From an uncultured Planctomycetaceae bacterium (lineage in GTDB: Bacteria; Planctomycetota; Planctomycetia; Isosphaerales; Isosphaeraceae): a stretch of DNA of 64,000 nucleotides. The DNA is taken from assembly GCA_963833985.1 (NCBI GenBank), contig CAWIAD010000001.1, forward strand, positions 416,001 through 480,000, given 5' to 3'. Positions 1-9,415 of the stretch are shown here, piece after piece; the first letter of the stretch is position 1; the number at the start of each line of letters is the position of its first letter. The notes below the pieces were generated by a model, which was given only the letters and a program-made list of their open reading frames with translations, was not told the origin of the DNA and did no database searches. The translations under genes and the position numbers were made by a program.

Positions 1-133
1 TCGCCGGCACCAGGGGAGCCACCTGCGCCGGGGCCTGCCCGCCAGCCGCCGCCAGGTCATCCACGAGCGGGCGCTGTCGCCCTGGATGGAAAGGTTCAAC
101 GGGGCCGGACTGTTCCAACGTCGTGGCTCCTGA
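1..133 (+). CDS. possible 3' end of a gene entering from the left edge
   Basis: Frame open from position 2 to TGA at 131-133 (RRHQGSHLRRG...FQRRGS*), converging on the next gene; no recognisable motif. Confidence 0.3.
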   Translation, partial: RRHQGSHLRRGLPASRRQVIHERALSPWMERFNGAGLFQRRGS

Positions 134-143
134 ACCCGCGAGA

Positions 144-2159
144 TCACCAGAGCTGAAGGGAACTGGGGCTGCTCCAGACCAGCCCGAGCGGCCGGTCCGC
201 CCGGCGATAACCCGCACGCGGCTCCAGGACCGTGTCGTAATAGCGGTCCTGGCCATCCTGCCGGCGGAACTCGAAAAGCGGCAGGGTACCCGGCAGCGCC
301 CGGCCGGCGCCCGGAGCGAGCACATAGAACAGGGGCGCAGCACCCGGTTCTATCCCCTGCACGCCGGTTTGACCAGCCGACTTTGCGGCCAGTACCGATC
401 GGCCCGATACCGGGTCCCGCTCTTCGAAAACCGCCAGCGCCGCCAGACCAGGACGTTCGGGAGCGAAGAACGCAAGTGTCCGCGGCGTACCCATCCCCAC
501 GCCGGCTGAAGAGGGCCTCAGCCGGGTCTCGCCCTGGCCCTCCTGGAGGCGGTACACGGGAACCGGTAAGGCCAGCCGTGGGTCGGACAGGTCCAGCTGG
601 TACATCAACTGGTTGTAATCGTAACGCGGGGTCGGATCCTTGTTGCCCGAGAAGGTCGCCGTGTAGGTCCCCTCGAAGTGGATGATCTTGCCCCCATCCT
701 GGTCGAACAGGACGTGATGCTTCGGGTTGTAGAAACTGTAGTCGTCGTGGGTGACGATCTTGCGCGCGTACACCCACGGTCCCAGCGGGGTATCCGCCTC
801 GGCGAACCAGACCTCGCCCAGGAACGAGCTGCCCATCGTCTCGACCGCGATCAGGACCCAGCGCCGGCGGTACTCATTCCAGGCCACGGTCCCGCCGTGG
901 GCCAGCACGGGCTTGCCGGACTGCACGTCGCGCAGGCTCAGCAGCAGCTCTCCGGGCTTGAGCCGTCCGGCCTTGATCAACGTCTCTTGCTGCTGCTGGG
1001 AAACTAGCTGGGTCCGCGCCTTCCAGCCATAACGCGGGCGGCCGTCGGCCAGACGATCCACCTGTTGCTGGTCGCGCCGGGTTCCCGGTGCCAGGCAGGT
1101 GAAGGCCTCCCAGGCGTCGGGGTTCGCCAGGGAATCGGGGTCCGCCGGAACACGCACGAGCGGGAAGGGACTGCAATAATAGATGTAGTCGCGGTTGCCG
1201 TCGCGATGGAGGAAGGTGTGCCCGCCGGGGTGCTCGCCAGGAAATGCGGCCGCATCGATGGGAAACTCGGCGCGCTTTTGAAATCGTCGCGAGCGCGGGT
1301 CGAATTCCACCAGCCCACGCTGGTAGAGATCGAGCGGGGGACGGATCTTGGCGTAGCACGCGAACATGCGTTCCTGGCCCTGGCGATCGCGCAGGACCGC
1401 CAGCCCCGTCACCCAGGTGGGGCCGGGACCAGGCATCTCGCAGGTGGGACGGGCGAATCCGTTCTGGTCCAGGAAGTAGCTCAGGTTCACGCCGAGGGCC
1501 GGGTCCAGCCCGCCCTTGCCGGGAAGCTCGGAGGTCGCGCCGGGCGTGTGGAAGTTGCCCAGCGGATAGCCGGGCCGGTTCGTATCGCCCCAGAACCAGA
1601 AGACCTTGCCCTGGTAGAGCGCGGTCAGCACGCTGTCCTGGCCCAGCACCTGGCCGTTCAGAAGCGGCTCGGCAATCGGGACCCGGGCGCCGGTGAGCAG
1701 GCTATCGCGATAGATGCCCGCCCCGGTGACGCGGTAGAGCCGCCGCGCGATGTTCAAGCGATCGATGGTGATCCGCGCAGTCCCTCCGGGGTGCGTCTCG
1801 AGCGCCAGCCCGCGATAGCCGAAGCCGTCCCTGGGGTACTCGTAGCCATGGCTCTTGACGTGGAAGAAGACCTTGCGGCCCAGCAGCCCTGGCTCGTCGA
1901 ATGCGACGATGCCGTTGCTGTCGGTCACGTAGCGAACCTGGTGCACCGTGCGCAGCTCGACCAGCGGCACGCCCCTGCCGGTTTCGCGATCGACGACCTC
2001 GATGCGGAACGGCCGCAGCTCCGCGGCCGGCGGTTTCGGATCCTCGGCCCCGGCGGCGGGCCGCGGGGCCGCCATGGCAGTCAGTATGAGCAACAACCCA
2101 GGGATGGCTCTGACCGGGGGTGTCACGCGACCTCCTTGCCCTGCAACGCGGCCGCTCAC
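144..2159 (-). CDS. secreted hypothetical protein with a beta-propeller-like core (DUF4185/GH-like)
   Basis: 671-aa ORF with a hydrophobic signal peptide (LLLILTAMAAPRPAAG), an N-terminal IEVVDRETGRGVPLVEL segment and motifs FWFWGDTN and YSFYNPKHH. It overlaps the helicase stop; the true start may be a few codons downstream. Confidence 0.8.
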   Translation of the reverse strand: MSGRVAGQGGRVTPPVRAIPGLLLILTAMAAPRPAAGAEDPKPPAAELRPFRIEVVDRETGRGVPLVELRTVHQVRYVTDSNGIVAFDEPGLLGRKVFFHVKSHGYEYPRDGFGYRGLALETHPGGTARITIDRLNIARRLYRVTGAGIYRDSLLTGARVPIAEPLLNGQVLGQDSVLTALYQGKVFWFWGDTNRPGYPLGNFHTPGATSELPGKGGLDPALGVNLSYFLDQNGFARPTCEMPGPGPTWVTGLAVLRDRQGQERMFACYAKIRPPLDLYQRGLVEFDPRSRRFQKRAEFPIDAAAFPGEHPGGHTFLHRDGNRDYIYYCSPFPLVRVPADPDSLANPDAWEAFTCLAPGTRRDQQQVDRLADGRPRYGWKARTQLVSQQQQETLIKAGRLKPGELLLSLRDVQSGKPVLAHGGTVAWNEYRRRWVLIAVETMGSSFLGEVWFAEADTPLGPWVYARKIVTHDDYSFYNPKHHVLFDQDGGKIIHFEGTYTATFSGNKDPTPRYDYNQLMYQLDLSDPRLALPVPVYRLQEGQGETRLRPSSAGVGMGTPRTLAFFAPERPGLAALAVFEERDPVSGRSVLAAKSAGQTGVQGIEPGAAPLFYVLAPGAGRALPGTLPLFEFRRQDGQDRYYDTVLEPRAGYRRADRPLGLVWSSPSSLQLW

Positions 2160-4228
2160 GGACTGGAATCCCGGGAGCGCGAGCGGGGCGGATCAAAGGG
2201 CAGGCCACCAGGCTCGTCGTCGTTCTCGTCGAAAGGGTCGATCTCGTGCAGCAGCTCGGCATGCTCGTAGAGCGCCGGATCGATCTCGCTGAGGAACCGG
2301 CTCCTGGTGGCGAAGACCATGGGGCCATTGGCCCCCCGAGTGATGGTGGAAGGATAGCTGAGAGTCAGCTCGTTCCTGGACCGGCTCACGGCCACATAGA
2401 AGATGCGCCGTTCTTCCTCATCGCCGCCCGGCTCCTCGAGTGCCCGGCGGTGCGGGAAGCTCTCCTCGACGAGCCGGATGACGAAGACGTGCGACCATTC
2501 CAGCCCCTTGGCCTGATGCACGGTGCTCAGCACCAGCAGCTCGCCGGGCTCGGCAGCCTCCACGCTGTCCATGCCGTAGACGTCGCCGGCCAGCAAGAGC
2601 TCGGCCAGCAGCCGCTCCAGGCTCTCGTAGCGCGCGGCCAGGACGGCAAACTGCTCGAGATCGGCCAGCCGGTTCTCCGGGTGGTCGTACTTTTGCCGCA
2701 GCATCGCCGGGTAGCCGCCCCGGAACACCGCCTGGATCGCCGCCGCCGGGTTCCGCTGGGGATCGGCGGCCCGAAGCTGCCGCAGATCGCTCACGAACCC
2801 GGCGAAAAAGCCCTTGCTGCGCGCTGGAACGACGGCCATGGTGGCGGACGACGCAACGGCCTCGAGCGGGTCGGCCGCCCGGCCCACCTGCTGGTAAACG
2901 GCCGCGGCCGTGGCCGCACCGATGCCGGGCAAGAGCAGCAGGACCCGCCGCCATGAGGCCTCGTCACGCGCGTTCTGCACGATCCGCAGATACGCGAGCA
3001 CGTCCTTGATGTGCGCCTGTTCAAAGAACCGCAACCCGCTGCGCACCGTGTAGGGGATGCCCCGCCTCAGGAGCTCGCCCTGCAACAGCACGCTGTCGTA
3101 GTGGTTGCGATAGAGCACAGCCATCTCGTTCAAGGGAACGTCCCGCTCGCGGGCGTCGAGGATCTGCTGGCAGACCAGCTCGGCCTCCTCGTAGCCGTCC
3201 GCCGCGGCTGCGACCAGCGGGCGCAGGCCGTCGCCGCGAGCCGAGACAAGGTCCTTGGGAAAGCCGGTGCGGTTGTGCCGGATGGACGCGGCCGTGAAGG
3301 CCACGATCTGCGGCGTCGACCGGTAATTCACGTCCAGCCGGAAGGTGCGTGTGCCGGGATGGCGGTCAGGGAACCGCAGGATGTTGTCGTAGTTCGCTCC
3401 CCGGAAGCGGTAGATCGACTGGGCGTCGTCACCCACGGCGGTGAGGTTGTCCGCTCCGGCCCCGACGATGGTCTCGACAATCTCGACCTGGAGCGCGTTG
3501 GTGTCTTGCATCTCGTCGATCAGGACGTGCCGGAATTGACTGGCCTGGAAATCGAGCTGATCGGGGAACTCGCGCAAGAGGCGCAGCCACTGGATCAACA
3601 GGTCGTCGTAGTCCAGCGAGTTGGCCGCCTGCTTCCTCTGCTGGTAAGCCAGGGCGACCGCCTCGATCCGCGGCAGCCATGGCACGCGCTCGGGCGACTG
3701 CATCGCGACGACCTCGCCCAGCGGCGTGCGGGTATTCAGGCTGAAGCTGATCAGGTGCTCGATCTCGGCAGGCCTGGGCGCCAGTCGCTCCCGGGACGCA
3801 AACCCTGCGTCATCCATCGCCAGGCGCATCAGGTCAAGCTGGTCCTCGCTGTCCAGAATCGTGAAGTTCGGCTCGTAGCCGAGCAGCCTGGCCGGCCGGC
3901 GCAGCAAGCGGTTGCCGGCGTGATGAAAGGTGCCGGCCCAGATCTTTTTGGCGTCGCCCCCGATCAGACTTTCCAGCCTGTGCGTCATCTCGCGTGCCGC
4001 GCGGCGGGTGAAGGTGACCAGCAAGATCGATTCAGCCGGCACTCCGCGGGCGATCAGGTACGCCACCCGGTACGTGATCACGCGCGTCTTGCCCGATCCC
4101 GGCCCGGCCAGGACCAGGTTGTACCCGTCAGGCGCTGTGACCGCGGCGCGCTGCGAGTCGTTCAGATCCTCGTGCATGTGCTGCTGGAGCCGTGCCGGCA
4201 ATGAGTGCCTGAGGACGATCTTGCGCAT
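2156..4228 (-). CDS. uvrD: ATP-dependent DNA helicase, UvrD/Rep/PcrA family
   Basis: LNDSQRAAV, Walker A AGPGSGKT, TFTRRAA, Walker B LIDEMQD, VGDDAQSIYRFRGA, NYRSTPQI, STVHQAKGLEW, EERRIFYVAVSR. Start could be 4228 or 4177. Confidence 0.95.
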   Translation of the reverse strand: MRKIVLRHSLPARLQQHMHEDLNDSQRAAVTAPDGYNLVLAGPGSGKTRVITYRVAYLIARGVPAESILLVTFTRRAAREMTHRLESLIGGDAKKIWAGTFHHAGNRLLRRPARLLGYEPNFTILDSEDQLDLMRLAMDDAGFASRERLAPRPAEIEHLISFSLNTRTPLGEVVAMQSPERVPWLPRIEAVALAYQQRKQAANSLDYDDLLIQWLRLLREFPDQLDFQASQFRHVLIDEMQDTNALQVEIVETIVGAGADNLTAVGDDAQSIYRFRGANYDNILRFPDRHPGTRTFRLDVNYRSTPQIVAFTAASIRHNRTGFPKDLVSARGDGLRPLVAAAADGYEEAELVCQQILDARERDVPLNEMAVLYRNHYDSVLLQGELLRRGIPYTVRSGLRFFEQAHIKDVLAYLRIVQNARDEASWRRVLLLLPGIGAATAAAVYQQVGRAADPLEAVASSATMAVVPARSKGFFAGFVSDLRQLRAADPQRNPAAAIQAVFRGGYPAMLRQKYDHPENRLADLEQFAVLAARYESLERLLAELLLAGDVYGMDSVEAAEPGELLVLSTVHQAKGLEWSHVFVIRLVEESFPHRRALEEPGGDEEERRIFYVAVSRSRNELTLSYPSTITRGANGPMVFATRSRFLSEIDPALYEHAELLHEIDPFDENDDEPGGLPFDPPRSRSRDSSP

Positions 4229-4414
4229 GCATTTTCCCGGGGGTAATGCCGGTTGCTCTCTGCCACGTGACCACGCGATTGTACCAGTTCGATCCGGGTT
4301 TCTCACTCGGAGCAGGCCAAGAACCAGGGCCGTTTCTTATGCTGCCGTCCATTCCTTCTCAGTTTCCGTTGCGACGGTCCGGCACCGTTTCATAACGGCC
4401 CTGGCGAGCCGATT

Positions 4415-4446
4415 GTGAGGTGCGTCCGGCGCAGCGACGACGCACC
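4415..4446 (+). repeat. single REP-like palindrome (same family as 14757..14874)
   Basis: GTGAGGTGCGTCCGGCGCAGCGACGACGCACC closely matches the arms at 14757 and 14843. Confidence 0.7.
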
Positions 4447-4480
4447 GGTACCAGGCCTTGCCAGCGCCGCCACAACTGCG

Positions 4481-4567
4481 GGTAAGAAGCCGCTCAGCCG
4501 GCAGGCGATACGCAAGTTCGCTGACTATTTCCGAGTGGACGTGAGCGTTCTTGCCGCATACTTTTGA
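4481..4567 (+). pseudogene. C-terminal remnant of an XRE/HigA-like HTH antitoxin
   Basis: Translates GKKPLSRQAIRKFADYFRVDVSVLAAYF*, resembling the end of a HigA-type HTH; no matching N-terminus upstream. Confidence 0.55.
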
Positions 4568-4728
4568 TGCCGACTCGAAGGCGTAGCGAGAACCTGAAGG
4601 GAACAGAGCGAGGAAAACGTCGACCGGCGGCCAGGCCAGCTCTCCCGGTCCAGCAACCGCAGGCAGAGGGTCACGACGCAATTCGTGAACAATTCTACGG
4701 TAAGCAGGTCGCGCCGATACCGAGACCC

Positions 4729-5821
4729 TCATGGACTCGCTGGTCGCGGCGTCGCCATATCGCGATCGAAGGCCACCCCATCGAACGGGACGACGATGAT
4801 CTTGCTGCCATGCGCGTCGTTCCCCCGCTCTTGATCCTTCGGGACGTCGAGGACCGCGAAGGTGAAATGAGTCGCGTGTCCATTCTTCAAGGAGCACTCC
4901 GGGACGCTCCATCTTCTCCCAGTGGTTCACCGTCCCGTCCGAATAGCGCACAAAATCGGTCGTCGGATCATAGGCCAGTCCCCGGAACGTCCAGCCGCTC
5001 TTGCCGTCGGTGGACGTCAGGTGGTACGCCTTCCGGGCACTCCAGCTATTGACCACGATGTGATAGAGCCCCCCACTGAACCAGATCACCGGGTCTTCCA
5101 GGTTGCGCTGGGGCAGGTTGCGAATTCCCGGGTAGATGCTCGGACCCTGGACCGTGTAGGGCCCGAGGATGCCATCCTTGCTGATAAGGATGGCGCCGGA
5201 GCGAGGTACGATCATGAAGTCACCATCCGGGCGCACCATGATGCTCACGTTGGACATGGCTCCGCCCCGGCGGAAGGCGTTGGCTGCGACCTTGATCGAG
5301 CCGAGAGCCTGCCACGGTCCGTCCGGGGACGTCGAGACGAACACATCGCCGGGCCGCGTCTCGCTCACGACGACGGCGTAGCGTCCGTCGGGCAGCAGAA
5401 GCGCCGTCACGTTGTGGCCCTTGCCACCCTGGTTGTCCGGCCAGCAGAGCCCCTTGTCGGCGTAGGGCCCGATCACCTGATCGCTGACCGCGTGCACCGC
5501 CAGCGAGCCGAACCAGCCGTTATGGCCTTTCGCCTGGTCCCATCGGCTGGCGAAGAGGTGGTACCGGCCTTCGGGTCCCTTGAGGATCTGTCCGTCCCAG
5601 TAACACCACCGCTTCATCGAGGTGTCTTCCAGGCCGTTCTGCGGATCGCGCGGCAAAACGCCCGGCGCACCCCAGACGTCCGAACTGAGACGCCCGCGGA
5701 TCGGCATCGGCAGGAAATAATCGATCAAGGTCTTTTCGACGGCAGGCTTCGGACGGTCCTGAGCCGTGGCGGGCAGGCCGCCCAGGCAGGCGATTGTGCA
5801 CATCAGAAGGAAAGGCCACAC
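4729..5821 (-). CDS. secreted glycoside hydrolase, GH43-like five-bladed propeller (frameshift near 4886)
   Basis: Signal peptide; YWDGQILKG, YHLFASRW, GHNVT, LEDPVIW, MERPGV. After one extra base the frame continues NGHATHFTFAVLDVPKDQERGNDAHGSKIIVVPFDG to a stop at 4729. Confidence 0.85.
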
Positions 5822-6159
5822 AGTGAACTCCTGTTACGAGGGACCCGGTCCGGCTGGCACGACGCCCGTGCGTGTCAGGACCGGCCGCAGGGGCGGACCC
5901 CCGCTTCGTTGAACATGATGACATCTCTCACGAATCTGGCATCTGCACTGACAGTTCAGGGCCAACCTCGAGTCACGCTCCAGGGCGGCGCTGACTGTGG
6001 ACTTGATGGTGATCGGCCCGGTCTCGCTCTTGATCGCGCCCGTACAGTCTTGGCGTCGAAACTTTGAGGGTCAAGCGGGTCTCAATCCTCGATCCAACTC
6101 TCCCGAACGGAGCGCGATGTCCAGGCGCTCGGAGCAGATCGGGAGCAACTCGGCGGCAA

Positions 6160-6265
6160 CTAAATAGATCCTCGCCTCTTGGAATGTGGGCCAGCCGCCC
6201 TCGGCTGGCTCAGGACGGCCGAGGGCGGCCGTTCCACACTTTCCCTCTTACGGGGAGCTATTTAG
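6160..6265. repeat. ~106-bp MITE-like element enclosing a REP-like doublet
   Basis: Outer inverted repeat CTAAATAGATCCTCG / CGGGGAGCTATTTAG and inner palindrome GCCGCCCTCGGC...GCCGAGGGCGGC; a related copy lies at 36040..36144. Confidence 0.75.
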
Positions 6266-6447
6266 GGGCCAGCCACACCCGAGCTTTGGGCGGCCCCTTC
6301 GTACTCCATCGTACTCTAGCTTATGGTGGCGGGAGGCACACGCGAGCGGGCTGAACTGGCCAGAGAAGATTCGCCTGGTTTTGGCAGGACGTGGTTACCT
6401 GCGGTAAGCTGTTCAAGAGGCGAGACACACTGGAGCCGAGGCCGACC

Positions 6448-6732
6448 ATGACCGTCAACATCGAACTGAGACCCGAAGAGGAACGAGCCCTTCTTGAACG
6501 GGCTCGGAAGAGCGGCCGCGACGTGACTCAGTACGTTCACCAGGTATTGGCAGAGCATCTCCGCTCCGGCCAGGGCTTTGAGGCCCACTCCCGGACGTTC
6601 GACGAGATCCTGACCCAGGTCCGCGATGGGTGGCAACAGGCCGGGATGAGCCCAGAGGAAATCACCGAGTTGTTCGAGGAGACCGGGGACGAGGTTCGCA
6701 AAGAGCGACGGGCGCGCGAGGAGACCCCGTGA
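6448..6732 (+). CDS. small putative antitoxin-like / ribbon-helix-helix protein (orphan)
   Basis: MTVNIELRPEEERALLERARKSGRDVTQYVHQVL has a beta-helix-helix pattern and an acidic C-terminus; no toxin ORF follows the GTGA overlap. Confidence 0.7.
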   Translation: MTVNIELRPEEERALLERARKSGRDVTQYVHQVLAEHLRSGQGFEAHSRTFDEILTQVRDGWQQAGMSPEEITELFEETGDEVRKERRAREETP

Positions 6733-6937
6733 GCCAGGGAGGCCTTCCCGGCGGATCCGACCGTGCCAACCCCCCTCTCTGGCATCCCAGAACGCGGGTG
6801 GCGTTCCGTGACCCGTTGAAGGTCACAGCGACCCGCCGAAAATCAGGCCGGGCATACCGGCACACCTGCTTGACGGCTCGCACTTTGCGCCGCAAAGTAA
6901 ATGGCTCACAAAACGGTTCCTCGGTGAGGGCGATGTG

Positions 6938-7766
6938 ATGGAGAGTGGGCCAGTCGGCGGGGCTTCACGCGAGCCGGGCATCAAGAGGGCTTTCTCCGAG
7001 CTTGATCGGCTGTTACGCGGCGAAGCGACACGGGCGGCAGAGTTGCAGCGCGGGGCCATCGGCGTCGATCCCCTGCGGCTGTCGCTCGATTCGATCGCAC
7101 TGAGTATGGTTTACGGGGCCTGCATGGGAAGTTTTGCCCTGTTCTCGACCCGTAACGTCAGAGTTCTTCAGGTCGCGGCAAGCTTGGTCAAGGTCCCGGC
7201 GTTATTCTTCCGGACCTTGCTGGTGACGTTGCCGTCCTTGTACGTCTTCAACGCGCTCGTGGGATCGCGACTCAGCTTCGCCGCGGTGGTGCGGCTGCTG
7301 GTGGCCACGACGGCCGTGATCACGGCGGTGCTGGCCTCGCTGGGACCGATCGTCGTGTTCTTCTCGGTGAGTACAACGAGCTATCCTTTCATCCTCCTGT
7401 TCAACGTGGCCACCTTCGCGGTCTCGGGCGTTCTGGGAATGCTCCTCCTGCTTCAGACCCTGCACCGGCTGACGTCTTCCGCAGCGGCCCCTGCTGCCAG
7501 TGCAGGATCCGAGCCCCGCGCTGAGCGAGCGTGAGCCCGCAGGCCCACTCGACCCGATCGACGATCGCGCCCTGAGCCGGCACGTGAGGACGATCTTCCG
7601 TATCTGGATCTTCGTGATCGGGGTGGTGGGGGCTCAGATGGGCTGGGTGCTCCGGCCGTTCGTGGGCAACCCCATGGCGCCGGTCCAGTTCTTCCGCGAG
7701 GAGAGCTGGAGCAACGCCTACGTCGTTGTCATCGAGATGCTCTGGAACGCGGCCACGGGTCGATAG
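6938..7766 (+). CDS. multi-pass membrane protein (frameshift near 7510)
   Basis: Hydrophobic segments KVPALFF..LLVTLPSLYVFN and SLGPIVVFF; the second frame supplies the C-terminus VVGAQMGWVLRPFVG. Confidence 0.8.
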
Positions 7767-7926
7767 CTGGCCGCTCGACTCCAGCTCCGTTGCAGCCACC
7801 AGGTCCTTCAGAACCAAGGGCCGATGCCGCCAGGAGTCCGGGGCGATGCGCCGGGCATGCCGCGACCACGAAGCACTTGCCGCAGGCCACGCGAGGTGAG
7901 AGATTATCCACTACGGAGGTGAACCC

Positions 7927-8724
7927 ATGGCGAATCGACGAGAAATCTTGGCGGCGGCCGCAGGCGGGCTGGGGCTGCACTCACTGGGCGGACGGGTCGA
8001 GGCCGCGCCGCAAACACCGATGGGCCACAACCGGCGCGACCTCATCGAGCTGCGCCGTTATGCGGTCAAGGACGAGGCTCAGAAGCAGGGCCTGGTGGCA
8101 TTTTTTCGAGACGCCGCCATCCCCGCGCTGAATCGGATCGGGATCACGCCCGTCGGCGTCTTTCATCCCGAGAAGGACCTCAGCCCGGTCTACGTCCTGC
8201 TGCGGCACGCCACCATGGAGTCACTGGTGGCTTGCAACCACAAGCTCCTGGGCAACGAGGAATTACTCAGCAAGGGGTCCGAGTTTTTGAACGCGACCGC
8301 CGACAAGCCAGCCTACCAGCGCATGGAAAGCGCGCTGCTCCTGGCGTTCAAGGGAATGCCCACGCTGGACACGCCGGTGAAGAGCCCCGGACGGGTGCTC
8401 CAGTTGAGAATCTACGAGAGTCCCAGCGAGCGGACGGGCCAGAAGAAGATCGAGATGTTCAACGACGCCGGCGAGATCGCCATCTTCCGCCGCGCGGGAC
8501 TGCGCCCGGTCTTTTTCGGTGAATCGCTGGTCGGCTCGAAGATGCCAAACCTCACGTACATGCTGGCGTTCGAGAGCCCCGAGGAGCTGAAGGCGAACTG
8601 GGCCAAGTTCGTGGCCGATCCGGAATGGAAGAAGATCAGCCAGATGCCCGAGTACTCCGACAAGGCGATCATCAGCGGCATCACGAACCTGATCCTCAAG
8701 CCGGCAGAGTGCTCGCAGGTCTGA
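7927..8724 (+). CDS. NIPSNAP-family protein with twin-arginine signal
   Basis: GGAGG RBS; NRREILAA Tat-like leader; two units IELRRYAV and LQLRIYES; WAKFVADPEW. Confidence 0.9.
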   Translation: MANRREILAAAAGGLGLHSLGGRVEAAPQTPMGHNRRDLIELRRYAVKDEAQKQGLVAFFRDAAIPALNRIGITPVGVFHPEKDLSPVYVLLRHATMESLVACNHKLLGNEELLSKGSEFLNATADKPAYQRMESALLLAFKGMPTLDTPVKSPGRVLQLRIYESPSERTGQKKIEMFNDAGEIAIFRRAGLRPVFFGESLVGSKMPNLTYMLAFESPEELKANWAKFVADPEWKKISQMPEYSDKAIISGITNLILKPAECSQV

Positions 8725-8977
8725 CCCGAGCCCCGAGCCGGGAACCCGTCATGGGCGCGCGCTCCGGTGCCCCAGTGAGGTCCCCGGCCGCCCCTCCTGA
8801 ATCCGTCCACGCCGGCCGCGGGGAACTTTGTACCCTCGGCTATGCTCAGCTCCCCGCCCGTGCCGCGCGGTTCGCGGTTTCCCCGCGCCCGCGAGCCGCC
8901 GCCAGCCACCCGTGCGCACCAATGCGTGTTCATGCGCACAGAATGCCAACCCGCACACGAATCCGACGGAAAAAAGC

Positions 8978-9029
8978 TTGATCCGCTGTGCGCGGAGTTC
9001 TATAATTGCTATTGAGATTCAATCTCAAT
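8978..9029 (+). promoter_or_regulatory. sigma70 promoter of the feo operon with Fur-box-like operator
   Basis: TTGATC (8978-83), 17-bp spacer, TATAAT (9001-06), then the perfect 9-1-9 palindrome ATTGAGATT-C-AATCTCAAT (9011-29), upstream of iron-uptake genes. Confidence 0.85.
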
Positions 9030-9112
9030 TGAAACGCCTTCGCGGCGGTCTCCGCGATGAAGAAGTGGTGTTCAAGAACCGGCTCCGCACTTTGGAAGAG
9101 CGAGTCACAGGC

Positions 9113-9388
9113 ATGAACGCATGGGGCAAGGCGGTCAGGAAGGATGCCGACAACGAACTGATTCCGCTTTGCCGGCTGCGAGCGGGCCAGGGTGGTTGCA
9201 TTGGCCACATTGTGGGTGGTTGTGATATTGTCCACCGTCTGCGTGAAATGGGGCTTTACGACGGTGCCCAGGTTCACATGGTCCGTCCCGGAAGCCCCTG
9301 CATCATTCGTCTCAGGGGGCAACGGCTCGGCTTTCGCATGGATGACTGTGCATGCGTGATGGTACGCGTGGGTGCGATGGCTTCCTGA
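9113..9388 (+). CDS. feoA: ferrous iron transport protein A
   Basis: HRLREMGLYDGAQVHMVRPGSPCIIRLRGQRLGFR; directly upstream of feoB. Confidence 0.9.
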   Translation: MNAWGKAVRKDADNELIPLCRLRAGQGGCIGHIVGGCDIVHRLREMGLYDGAQVHMVRPGSPCIIRLRGQRLGFRMDDCACVMVRVGAMAS

Positions 9389-9415
9389 CGGACTGGAACA
9401 GCAGGCCGGGCAAGT

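Noticed and set aside
4337..4728. C-terminal extension of the glycoside hydrolase ORF
   Set aside because: It arises from the frameshift near 4886; the family-like C-terminus ends at 4729.
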